Source: Octopus vulgaris
Taxonomy: Eukaryota
Assembly: GCA_951406725.2 (NCBI GenBank)
Contig: OX597823.1
Location: 38,130,001 to 38,194,000, forward strand
Direction of reading: 5' to 3'
DNA length: 64,000 nucleotides
This document shows, in pieces, positions 51,152 to 62,690 of this stretch. The stretch's first letter is position 1. Every line of letters starts with the position of its first letter. The translations under genes were made by a program, and so were the position numbers. Under the pieces are notes generated by a model that saw nothing but the letters and a program-made list of their open reading frames with translations, searched no databases and was not told where the DNA came from.

Positions 51152-51186
51152 TATATATATAACATATATATATATAGATTTATATG

Positions 51187-51218
<32 letters not shown>

Positions 51219-51228
51219 TATATGTATG

Positions 51229-51274
<46 letters not shown>

Positions 51275-51290
51275 TATATATGTATATCAT
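50940..51290. repeat. (CA)n/(TA)n/(TATG)n microsatellite block
   Basis: Direct reading. Confidence 0.95.
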
Positions 51291-52510
51291 CATTATCATC
51301 ATCGTTTAACGTCCGTTTTCCATGCTAGCATGGGTTGAAAGCTTGACCGGGGTCTGGGAAGCCAGGAGGCTGCGCCAGGCTCTAGTCTGATCTGGCAGTG
51401 TTTCTACAGCTTGATGCCCTTCGTAACATCAACCACTCCGTGAGTGTAGTGGGTGTTTTTTACGTGCCACTGGCACAGGGGCCAGAGGAGGTTGGCAAAC
51501 GGCCACACTCGGTTGGTACTTTTACTTATCACTGACACGGACGCCAGTCAGGCGGCGCTGGCATCTGCCACATTCAGACGGTGCTTTTTATGTGTCACCG
51601 GCATGGGTATTTTAACTACAATTTCCATTTGATTTTTATCTCGATGTTGGTGTTGACGTACTTGACTCAATAGGTCTCCTCAAGAACAGTGGGTCACTCT
51701 ACGATCCAAGGTTAGCACAGCAGGCCATCCTGCAAGCCATGAACTCACTTCATTTGTTGGGTCTTCACCGTCACAGCATATCTCAGAGGTCTCAGTCTTC
51801 GTCATTTCCTCTGTGAGGCCCTATGTGCCACTGGCATGGGTATCACAACTACAACATCCATACGATTTTTATTTTGATGTTGATGAACTTGACACAATAG
51901 GTCTCCTCAAGTGCAGCAGGCCTTCCTGCAAGCCATGAACTCACTTCATTTGTCAGGTCTTCGAAGTCACAGCATATCTCCAGAGGTCTCGGTCTTTCGT
52001 CATTGCCTCTGTGAGGCTCAACGTACAAAGGTCATGCTTGACCACCTCGTCCCATGCCTTCCTGGGTCTATCTCTACCCCAGATTCCTTCAACAGCTTGG
52101 GAGTGGCACTTCTTCACACATCTCTCCTCATCCATCCGTAGTACATGACCATACCAATGCAAACGTCTCTCCTGCATGCTACATCCAATGCTTCTTATGT
52201 CCAACATGTCTCTCAGGGCGCTTACCCTCTGTCGTGCATAGACACAGACATTACTCATCCAGTGGATCATGCTAGCTTCATTTCTTTCGAGCCTACGCAT
52301 GTCCTTCGTAGTCACAGCCCATGTTTCACTGCCGTGAAGCATGGCAGTTCACAAACATGCATCGTACAATCTTCCTTTCACTCTGAGAGAGAGACCCTTT
52401 GTTGCCAGTAGGAGAAGAAGCTTCCTAAACTTTGCCGAGGCTATTCTTATTCTAGTGGTAACATTCTCTGAGCATCCACACCCTGCTACTATCTTGGTTA
52501 CTTAGGTAGC
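51288..52510 (-). mobile_element. RTE LINE 3' fragment with a tandemly duplicated ORF-end/UTR segment
   Basis: ORF 51953..52342 (HGSETW...ERRLHWYGHV). Segments 51590-51820 and 51823-52018 repeat each other. (CAT)n tail. Confidence 0.9.
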
Positions 52511-53169
52511 AGATGTGTGTGTGTATATATATATATGTATATATATGTATAAATATATGTATGCATGTATATATGTGTATATATATATAGGTACATATAT
52601 ATGTATGTATGTATGTATTTATACAGATGTATATGTATAGATGTATATACAGAGATTTATATGTATATATATATATTATATCTTTTTAATTGTCTTGCTT
52701 GCTTTACGTTCTGGCATTTGCGGAATTTTCTTGAGAACAACTTTTCTCAGTGGTCAGACCATATGGGGTCTACATTTAGCATATTTAAAATCTACCGAAC
52801 AACCGGGTAGATTTTAAAAAACGTCTAAACAATCATTTTTCCTCTTTTAGGCTCAGACATAAGGCAGGTTGCACAACATTATGTAGTAAAATTTGGGAAC
52901 TAAAAACAAATAATATAGAATTCAACATAAAATGGGATATAGTTAGAAGAGCGCAACCTTATAGAAATAGTAGGGATGGTTGTCAACTTTGTTGTATGGA
53001 AACTTATGAAATTTTGAAACATCAGAGTAATACAAATCTGTTGAATAACCGTTTGGAGCTGTGAGTGTCTTGTATACATCGTACGACCCGAACGTTTAAA
53101 TACTTTAAATAATAATTTTGTGAATATTCCTATATTTTTCAAATTTTAATTCTTTATAACCAAATAAGA

Positions 53170-53650
53170 AGGAATATACCATACTAGCTTTCAATTTAAC
53201 ATTTATAGATGACTAAAATAACTTCACTGCAAACTTAGAATTGAATTCTTTTTTCTAAAATTAATCTGTATGAATCTAAATAGTTGGAATCCTAAATAGT
53301 ATGAATCCCAAATAGTAGGAATAATAAACAGTATGAATCATATGTCCCTAAAGAAACTATTCAGTTCACCTTGACTATCTCACTTCCATTTCTTAATATA
53401 TAATTAGTCTAAGATATCTTTACAAAATATATTTAACCAAATAGAAACGAATATACCATACTGGTTTTAGGTTAATACCCATAAATGATTAAATAACTTC
53501 ATTGCAAACTTAGAATTAAATTCTTTTATTTTATTATGTTCTCCAATACTAAGTAGTATTAATCCTATGTCCCTAGGGAAACTATTTGGTTCATCTTGAT
53601 TATCTCACTCCCATTTCTTAATATATAATTAACCTAAGATATTTTTACCT
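53170..53650. repeat. Diverged tandem duplication (units of about 280 and 200 bp) in the PLE 3' UTR
   Basis: gaatataccatact...gcaaacttagaatt at 53172 and 53450. atgtcccta...tatctcact..catttcttaatatataatt at 53343 and 53568. Confidence 0.75.
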
Positions 53651-54444
53651 AACCAATTAACTTTTATCCGCAGGTAGTAAATTTTATTTCCAATAGATCC
53701 TATATTTTAATTCATTAATATCAACTCACTATCCATGAAATTTGAATAATTTACTCTTCTAAATTACCTCTCTTCATATTATAAAATATGTCGCCTTCTA
53801 CTAAACCTATGAATATCTTCCTTCTTTGATTTTCCCTCTTCCATCTCTCTTAGTATATATTTTGATCCCTAATATGTTCACTTGACTAATAAGGCTTTTC
53901 CCCTCAGTTAATAAGTACTATGCCTACTCATAATAAGTGATAGTCTCTTTCTCCAAATTTGAATAAATTTTAGATTTATATTTTTTCCTTTATTCTAACG
54001 TGTCAAAGTACTTGGAACTTATAGACCAACTGTTGTGATGATGTGCATAGGGCTTGTAAGGTCTCTGCATTCTCTGTGAATGTTATTGTGACCATTTGGC
54101 ATTGATCTAGTTCTCCTAACACCAAATCTGTTCATCAAATAGTAGTAATTGGCATTTAGTTGTGACAATGCTGTCTTCTACATAAATTCCTTATATGGAG
54201 CTATGACATCCCCTTTACCCCATTTCTATAATTCTATAAATCTTTATTGTCTCTTTTCACTTGTTCTTCCCTCTCAGAACCTTACAGTAGTCTGGAACAA
54301 CTGAATCTTAGTCAGTCAGTTGATGGGCTCCACTACATCAAATGTTCTTAAAATTTAAATCCACATCTTTGTCTATGTATCTACCTTCTCTATAATGTTG
54401 CCACTTGATATGAAAATTTTTGTATTAATGGAAAACCTCTATAA

Positions 54445-54530
54445 TTGGCTGATGAGTGCTCAGCATTTTAAAACTGTTGTAATACTTACAACATTTAATA
54501 AAATGATGTAGTACAAAACGATCGTACCAA
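54445..54530 (+). ncRNA. Type I hammerhead ribozyme motif (G12>A)
   Basis: ttgg-CTGATGA-gtgct...agtac-AAAAC-gatc-GTA-ccaa, with an apical hairpin tgttgtaa/ttacaaca. Confidence 0.75.
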
Positions 54531-54561
54531 ATTACCGGAGTCAATCTTGTTGCTTATTTTG

Positions 54562-54592
<31 letters not shown>

Positions 54593-56839
54593 TATCCTGA
54601 AAATAGGCGAGAGCTGGGTATGCTCACTATAGAAAATACATGGTAGTTCTCAGAAGGATTTCAACTGAAACTCCAAATTTTTCATCAAAAGTAAGGCCCA
54701 CACCGTCAAGAGCAGCTGTAAGAGAGATCCAAACCAACCTGGTATGGAGATAGCAATGGAGATAGGCTTGATATAAATATATTTACATGGAGCACTAAAT
54801 ATAAAGAATAAAAGTACAGAATGAAATATGAAAAAATATGTAATTTCTTAACTCAACAGCTGTTTTAGGAAGTTCAGAGCTTCATAATCATAATAACCAT
54901 AAATTGCAAATGAAATGTACAGAACGTTGTGGGTATGTAACTAGTAATCAGTCACATGAAGATATAACAATAAATCCAACTCCCCTCATCAAAAGAAGAT
55001 TGGCAAATGTGGTTCTTATAGTAGTGATAGCGATGGGTAAAGGGAGAGAGGAAGTAGAATGAGATCAAGGGTGAGGAAGGGGAGGAAGGATAACTTCTAG
55101 AACATAAGAAAGGAAAAAGGATAGAATAGAAGAAACAAAGAGAAGAGAGAAGGGAAAAAGATAGAGTTAAACTCATTCTAGTGAAAGGGGATCTCACAAG
55201 TGGTAAGGATACTGTTAAGCAGATCATAAATCAGTTAGGAATGTCAGCTGACCAGACAAAGAGGCAGGAAGAGATAAGTTTTGAGGTAAAGGAGTAGGGG
55301 TGGGGGTATCAGAAAAGAAAAGTATGTTGAGAGAAAGAGAGTATGATACAAGGAGAGGTGAAATTGGTACTTATTTGAATAAAAAGTGAAGAGTCCTCGT
55401 AACTTAGCAGTTCAGCAAAGAGACTGATAGAATAAGTACTAAGCTTGCAAAGAATAAGTCCTGGGGGCGATTTGGTTGACTAAAGGCAGTGCTCCAGCAT
55501 GGCCACAGTAAGCGATCCAGTCACAATTAGCAGGCATTATAAAGACTTTATAATGAACAAATGTGGAATAAAACATATGTTTACATGAGAATATTACATC
55601 AGAGTCCCTACTGACTAATGAAGTATTATAATGGTATAGAACTATGGGTGGTTCCCTGCAACATAAATTACAAGTGAAATAGTTAGCATTGTATGGGATA
55701 CCCTCATGAACTATGAAGCAGGACAAGGTATTGAGAATGTCCTGGGATTTGAAGGGGTGTATGTATGTAGCTAAGAAAGTTTAAAGGTTCCATTTGAAAA
55801 AGAACTCAAGTAAGCCTGGTAGCTATGCTTGAAATCAAAAGTGCCACCAATGTAGATCTTAGCCTGATGGGAATGTGGGGTTATGACTCGAAATTTATAT
55901 ACCAAATTATAGCATAAGCAAAATCCACCTAACAGGCATTGTCAGACTGCTTTTGATTTTGTGCCTGTTCAGTCAGGTCTAACTTGATGGTTAAGCAATA
56001 ACAAGGACAAAAGCATCTCCATCAAATCAACTATGGTTTTGTCATACACAAATCTGACTAAAATATAAAAGATGGTTAATAAGTGATATGGTTTTTATAC
56101 TTCAGTCAATGGCGTATTATTGACTTTTATTAATATCCAGAATAGTTGAATTGAAATTGTCATTTGTACAAAACTATTTTGACATCTTTAATCTGAATTG
56201 ATGTGGCTATCATTATTTATTTATTTATTTATTTATTTTATTTATTTATTTTCCAATTTATCTTTTGTGAGTTCATCTTTCAACAATAATGTGTTAGCAA
56301 ATATTAATGAAAATGTCCTGACATTTAAAACAGAAAATCTATAGACTTTTATATACATATATCGTCATCATCATCATCATCATTGTCGTTGTTGTTGTCA
56401 TTGTTGTCATTATCATAATTGTCATCATCATCTTCATGAATATTATCATCATCATCAATTTTGTTGTTGTCGACATCATCATCATCATCATCATTTCCTT
56501 CTTTATGTCCACCTTTCTATATCTGGTTAAAGGTGACGGGTCTTCTCCAGTCCTGCATTGTGCCGCTTTTTTTCTTCTGGCACTATTGTGAGTCACATCA
56601 TCCCAAGATCACAATTCACCACTTCTGTCTATGATTTTCTTCTACTTATTTGAAAGCCTCTGTCTGCTTCGAAAAGTGACAGAATGGGTTGTGTGGAGTG
56701 AGTGTACCTCACAGAGTGAGTCACCTTATTTACATATGTTCACTGGAGTTGAAGAATATGCAACATTAAGAAAGTGGCTGTCCAATTTGGTGGCCACACA
56801 GGGTAGCCAAAAACTTTATGTTTAATATATATATATATG

Positions 56840-57100
56840 TAATCAAAAAATAAGCAACAAGAATGAATCCGGTAATTTAGTACAATTGTTTCATACTACA
56901 ACATTTTATTAAAAGCTGTAAATATTACAGCAGATTTAAGATGCTGAGTAATCTTCAGCTAATTTATATAGATTTTCCAATAATATAAAAGTTTTCAAAT
57001 CAATTAATGACATCTTAGGGAAGGTAAATATACAGATAAAGATGTAGATATGAAACTTAGGAACATGAGGTCGTGTGGTTCAGATGCTAACTGACCAAAA
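56840..57100 (-). mobile_element. Solo PLE terminal repeat homologous to 54310-54565
   Basis: The reverse complement aligns along ~250 bp with 54310-54565. Confidence 0.75.
56877..56962 (-). ncRNA. Type I hammerhead ribozyme motif, core nucleotides intact
   Basis: The minus strand reads ttag-CTGAAGA-ttact...agtat-GAAAC-aatt-GTA-ctaa. The first pair of stem II is mismatched. Confidence 0.75.
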
Positions 57101-57479
57101 GTTTGTTTATAACTGACTGCTGTAAGAAAATTTCTTTAGTTATAACTAACTGCTGATGATGACACACATATGTATATGTGTGAATATACATTTGTGTGTA
57201 TGTGTCTCATTTTTTCTATGTATGTATGAGGATATATATGTATGTATGTTTATTTTATTTATTTATTAATTCTCAGTGGCTGTTTATTTATTTCTATTAT
57301 ATTCTATTGTCTGCATTTCATATGTTGTATTGATTGTTTGTGTATGATATTTGTATATATATTTGATATTGTAACATTTCATATTGTACTACCATGACCT
57401 TCACCACCACCACCACCATTCCAAAAGCCATTATTATAGCTACCTTGTTATCTTCAGTTGTCATATTTAGAATAAACAA

Positions 57480-57863
57480 AGGAGTTGTTTTGTGGAGAAA
57501 GAAATATCTTTCCTATCACATGGCTCCGGTTCAGTTCCACTGCATGACACCTTGGGTAAGTGTCTTTTACTATAGCTAAAATCTTATGAGTGGATTTGGT
57601 AGACAGAAACTGAAAGAAGCCTGTTGTGTGTGTGTGTCTTTGTGTCTGCATTCGTTCTCCACCAGCACTTGACAACTAGTTGATGTGTTTATATCCCTGT
57701 AACTTAGCAGTTTAGCAAAAGAGACCAATAGAATAAGTGCTGAGCTTAAAAGAAAAGAAAAAAAATCTAAGTACTGAATCGGTTCATTTGACTAAAAATT
57801 CTTTAAGGTGGTGCCCCAGCATGACCACAGTCTAATGACTGAAACAAGTAAAAGATAAAAGAT
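57480..57863 (+). mobile_element. tRNA-derived SINE (family B)
   Basis: cacatggctccggttcagttcc...gagtggatttggtagacagaaactgaaagaagcc...aatgactgaaacaagtaaaagataaaag. Confidence 0.8.
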
Positions 57864-58546
57864 ATGGCTTAGAATTCTTGGGCTGGGTCAAAAATGAAGT
57901 CAAAAATGGTTTTCTTGGTATATTGTTTCCTTACTGAAATCTATAAGGACCCACTCACCCATCCTTGATTGTCAGTCCCTATTCTCTCTTTATCTACCAT
58001 CTAGTACCTTGAGAGTAAATCCTGATATCTCATTTCCACCATTCTTTTTCCATTTCCAGCTGGAGTAGTCATATGTATCCACTACAATAAGACACCTGTG
58101 CCCATCCCTCTCAACACCTGACATAAAGCTACCTGTTTCAATATTGCACTCCCACTTCGTGAAGGGTTCTTGCCTTGCAAGTTACTTGGTGACTTCAGTT
58201 CTGCTGGTGCAACATAAAAAGCACTCAGCACACTTCAGTGTTGGTGGTCTCATGTGGGTTGGTGTTAACAGGGTTGAATGGGTTATTTTTACTGTAGATC
58301 CTTGTCTCTTCAAGAAGACCTGCATAATAAAGAAACTAGTAGCAGCAGCAGCAGTAGTAGTAGTACCTGCCCCACCACCATCAGCACTACTACTATCACA
58401 AGAATCTGCATTTCCTACAGCAGCACTCCTCCACTACCTACCCCTACACCCACCAGCATTAATCTCATAACCAGTAATAACAGTAAAACCACTGCTATCA
58501 CATACATACATACATACATACATACATACATACATACATACATACA

Positions 58547-59710
58547 TCAAAACAAATCAAAATAGATGAACATCAATGGAATTTGTATCTTTGTGGTACC
58601 AGTGCCGGTGGCACACAAGAAAACCATCCGAACGTGGCCGTAGCCAGTACCGCACCGACTGGCCTCCGTGCTGTGGGCACGTAACAAACACCATCCGATC
58701 GTGGCCGTTCGCCAGCCTCTTCTGGCACCTGTGTCGGTGGCACATAAAAACACCATCCGAAGACCCGGCAAGACTAGTCAGGCCATAACCTGTGGCCCCT
58801 ACCTGGGACGTAGTCAGTCCACCTGTGCATACCTTCCTTCTTGTGACACTTGTGAAGACCTGTTGAGGCAAGTGAAAATCAAATCAAATCAAAACAAATC
58901 AAAATAGATGAACATCAATGGAATTTGTATCTTTGTGGTACCAGTGCCGGTGGCACACAAGAAAACCATCCGAACGTGGCCGTAGCCAGTACCGCATCGA
59001 CTGGCCTCCGTGCTGTGGGCACGTAACAAACACCATCCGATCGTGGCCATTCGCCAGCCTCATCTGGCACCTGTGTCGGTGGCACATAAAAACACCATCC
59101 GAAGACCCGGGAAGACTAGTCAGTCCATAACCCGTGGCCCCTACCTGGGACGTAGTCAGTCCACCTGTGCATACCTTCCTTCTTGTGACACTTGTGAAGA
59201 CCTGTTGAGGCAAGTGAAAATCAAAACAAATCAAAATAGATGAACATCAATGGAATTTGTATCTTTGTGGTACCAGTGCCGGTGGCACACAAGAAAACCA
59301 TCCGAACGTGGCCGTAGCCAGTACCGCATCGACTGGCCTCTGTGCTGTGGGTACGTAACAAACACTATCCGATCGTGGCCGTTCGCCAGCCTCATCTGGC
59401 ACCTGTGTCGGTGGCACATAAAAACACCATCCGAGCGTGGCCGTCTGCCAGCCTCGTCTGGCACCTGTGTCGGTGGCACATAAAAAACACCATCCGAGCG
59501 TGGCCGTTCGCCAGCCTCGTCTGGCACATAAAATCACCCACTAGACTCTCGGAGTGGTTGGCGTTAGGAAGGGCATCCAGCTGTAGAAACACTGCCAGAT
59601 CTGACTGGCCTGGTGCAGCCTTCGGGCTCCCCAGACCTCAGTTGAACCGTCCAACCCATGCTAGCATGGAAAGCGGACGTTAAATGATGATGATGATGAT
59701 GATGATGATG
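58547..59710 (+). mobile_element. RTE 3' UTR amplified as three tandem units, then the normal tail and (GAT)n
   Basis: atggaatttgtatctttgtggtaccagtgccggtggcac at 58576, 58918 and 59250 (periods 342 and 332). Homologous to 4540-5110. Confidence 0.9.
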
Positions 59711-59920
59711 ATATATATTGTCAAAATAACATATTTCAGAAAAAGAAGCACACTTTAAAGAATAGAGCAGTAAGCATTAACTTTAACTTTATGTTTAATA
59801 TATATATATATATATATATTGATAAAACGGTAAGATAACAAAAGAAAGAAAGAGACCTCAATATTATGTAAATAGAGGAAATTTATCTATACAATAATAT
59901 GTTACATTACTCGGTAGTCA

Positions 59921-59983
59921 AGATAAAACTCTGAGTTTCAGATGCCGAAGTGGAAATCCACAACACCATCTCTTCGGTTATCT
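59921..59983 (-). ncRNA. Type I hammerhead ribozyme motif with variant CCGAAGA core
   Basis: The minus strand reads agataa-CCGAAGA-gatg...catc-t-GAAAC-tcaga-GTT-ttatct, with a perfect 6-bp stem I. Confidence 0.75.
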
Positions 59984-60162
59984 GGCTATTTGAAAACGCT
60001 ATGAAAAAATACCGTTAAATAAAGGGAAATTACTGTGTTATAACTCTGCTTGCCTTCGTACTTATACATCGCTCGCATTTTTCGTCATAAAAATTATATA
60101 AAAATACATAAAAAATATATAAAAATATATAAATTCTTGGGACATAACATAGAAAGCATGTT

Positions 60163-60784
60163 CTATCTGTTTTCTTTAGGGGACCAAAAACGTAACAGAA
60201 ATTTAGTCACATGTGGGCATGATCCGAAAAGCTCTGTCCTTGTATTTAGACATGTAGTAGGGTCTAAGCTGCTTTTTCAGATAAGCCATCTCTCCATGTC
60301 GCATAGACCGCACCTTCCGCTACCGTTGGTATAGGGCTTACATCTGGCCAAAATCTTCCATTGTATGTTATAATCGACACCTTTATCTCTTAAAGACCAA
60401 ATATGATTAGATAATTCTGTCGCTTTTCTTTTGTTCCAGTGCCTAAAGCTCAAAGTGTGGTTATTGAACCTGGCCTTGAAATTACCCTCTGTAAGGCCCA
60501 CGTATTTCTTCGTCGAAATGGTGTCTTTAGTGGTTATAGAGTTTACGGTAGCTTCATATATGATGGTCTTGGACATGCAAGCTCCATTTAGCGGGCACAA
60601 TTCTTTATTCCTGCATGAACAGCTGTTTTCTTGTGTTTTTTGTATGTTATGTTTGATTATGTTTTTAAAATTGGTAGTTGAACTAAAACTAATTTTTAAA
60701 TTGTGTCTATTGAAGAGTTTCCTATAAGTATGGTTAACTGGAAAATGTCTATCTATCAGTGCTAGGAAATATTTATCTATATTG
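60163..60784 (-). pseudogene. PLE GIY-YIG endonuclease coding segment with one in-frame TGA (60277-60279)
   Basis: The frame continues past the TGA as KSSLDPTTCLNTRTELFGSCPHVTKFLLRFWSPKENR*. Confidence 0.85.
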
Positions 60785-60832
60785 TCAGAGTTTTATCTTG
60801 ACTACCGAGTAATGTAACATATTATTGTATAT

Positions 60833-60985
60833 ATCATCATCGTCGTTTAACGTCCGTTCTCCATGCTAGCATGGGTTGGACGGTTCGACCGGGGTTCTGG
60901 GAAGCCAGAAGGCTGCACCAGGCTCCAGTCTAATCTGGCAATGTTTCTACAGCTGGATGCCCTTCCTAACGCCAACCACTCCGTC
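60833..60985 (-). mobile_element. RTE extreme 3' tail (~150 bp)
   Basis: catcatcgtcgtttaacgtccgttctccatgctagcatgggttgg...gctggatgcccttcctaacgccaaccactcc. Confidence 0.85.
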
Positions 60986-61444
60986 GTTATATATATATAT
61001 ATATACGTATGTATATGTGTAAATATACATATGTATATTCCCCCACTCCTGTCCCTGCCTCCCCATACACCACCATCATCATCATCATCATCATCAACAG
61101 TAGCTTCTCCTTCACTACTCCAATCATCACTGTCATCATCATATTCACCTCCATCATCATCATCATCTCCTCCACTATCATCATTGATAGCAGAAACATC
61201 ATTGCTAATTATTGTTATTGGTAGAACCATTTAAGTAACAAACCAAATGTCTTGTGGTGTTTGTTTTGGGTTTTTTACATTTTGAGTTCAAATTCCATCT
61301 AAGTCAACTTTGCATTTCATCATTATGGGGTCAATGAAATAAAGTATCAGTCAAGTGCTGGGGTCGATGGTATCAACTTACTCCTCCCTTCAAAACTGTT
61401 GGTCTTGTACCAAAATCAGAAATCACCATCATCATTATTATCAT

Positions 61445-61905
61445 CACAGATCTATTGTGCATTCTGTTGTGCGTGTAATGTGAGTTTGTTATTTTATTGG
61501 GTTTTAACCTTGTATATTATATGTCATGCAAGTTGTGTCATTCTAGATTATTAAGTGATGTTTGTTGTATAAGGTGTTTCTACTGTGCATGAAGATCGTT
61601 CTATTTGAGCTACACCAGTGAGTCGAGACATATACTATTGAATTGATAGTGTCTTGTGTAAGATGCAGCCTGTTCTTAGCAGTGCTATTTTTGGGCAGTG
61701 TGTAGTTGCAAGTCCTGGTATGGCTTCTATGTTTGTTTTCATATTTTTTAATCATGCTTAATGCTCCAACTACTAGTGGTATTGTCAACATCTTCATGCC
61801 ACACATCTTGAATATTTTAGTCTCAACATACTTGTATTTTGATAGTTTTTCCACTTCCTTTTGGACACTATTTTCATCAGAAGGGATTGTAATGTGTATT
61901 AGTGT
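61445..61905 (-). mobile_element. RLE-endonuclease (R2-superfamily, R4/Dong-like) non-LTR 3' fragment
   Basis: ITIPSDENSVQKEVEKLSKYKYVETKIFKMCGMKMLTIPLVVGALSMI fits the D..P...K..KY...P.V.GALG RLE signature. The fragment abuts (TAT)n. Confidence 0.75.
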
Positions 61906-61950
<45 letters not shown>

Positions 61951-62129
61951 ATCTGTTTTTATGCTTTGAGATCAGATTCCACCATGGTCAAATTTGCTTT
62001 TCATCCCTTCAGGATCAATAAAATAAGTATCAGTTAAACACTGGGATCATTATAATTGACTTGTATCCTCACCCAAACTTCCTGGACTTATGCCAAAATT
62101 TGAAACCATTATTACTATTATTAATATTA

Positions 62130-62690
62130 TTGAGTGAGAGAGCAGTGCATGCCATCAAAGTAACACTGGGGTACAATTATATGAAGCCCAATATACCCAT
62201 CAAAACTACCTGTCTGATAAGGGTACACCAGGCACATGCAGCACAACCACATGTGCATGACATGGTGATCTTATATCAAGATAAACAGTGCATGCATGAC
62301 CTTGCAGGTAGGGCCCAGTTAGAATTTTCGTCTGGTTGAGTAGCCATCCTACTCAGAAGGTCCCTGAATAAGGTTTGTTTAAGGATGATGAATGAAACAC
62401 CCATGTTTCCAGAGGTGAATTATCCAAACCTCCAAGAATCCCTCTCAACACATGGCTATGATGCTGCCCCACTACTTCTGCTCGTGATCAGAGATACCCA
62501 TATCGTCAGCCACTAAGGGACATGCTCAACTGGATAAGGTCAAACAACTGACAAGCAAATCTGTGGTATTGAGCAGAATATTTGCTGTAGCCTATTTTTT
62601 ATACCAAGACAAAACAATGTACATGATAACACTTCCAATTCATTAAGATCAGAAGCTATGAGAACCACTGCCTAGTATTGCATCAGGGAA
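62130..62690. mobile_element. Unclassified ~560-bp insert flanked by (TAT)n
   Basis: A GC-richer block bounded by TAT repeats on both sides, with no recognisable ORF. Confidence 0.35.

Larger units (their letters stand above)
52690..54565 (+). mobile_element. Penelope-like element: GIY-YIG C-terminal half, long AT-rich 3' UTR and hammerhead-bearing terminus
   Basis: From ~52810 the plus strand reads DFKKRLNNHFSSFRLRHKAGCTTLCSKIWELKTNNIEFNIKWDIVRRAQPYRNSRDGCQLCCMETYEILKH...LLNNRLEL*VSCIHR. This frame is not in the ORF track and is homologous to 60277..60600. Linking it to the 54310-54565 terminus is an inference. Confidence 0.8.
59818..60832 (-). mobile_element. Young 5'-truncated Penelope-like element (GIY-YIG, 3' pLTR with hammerhead, inverted pLTR piece at the 5' end)
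   Basis: HFPVNHTYRKLFNRH...CSCRNKELCPLNGAC...IIYEA...KYVGLTEGNFKARFNNH...CGLC. Positions 60785-60831 are an inverted copy of 59888-59934. Confidence 0.92.

Noticed and set aside
58547-59540. Repeat-spacer-like array and repeated ORFs (MEFVSLWYQC...)
   Set aside because: This is a tandem amplification of the RTE 3' UTR, and the ORFs are incidental.
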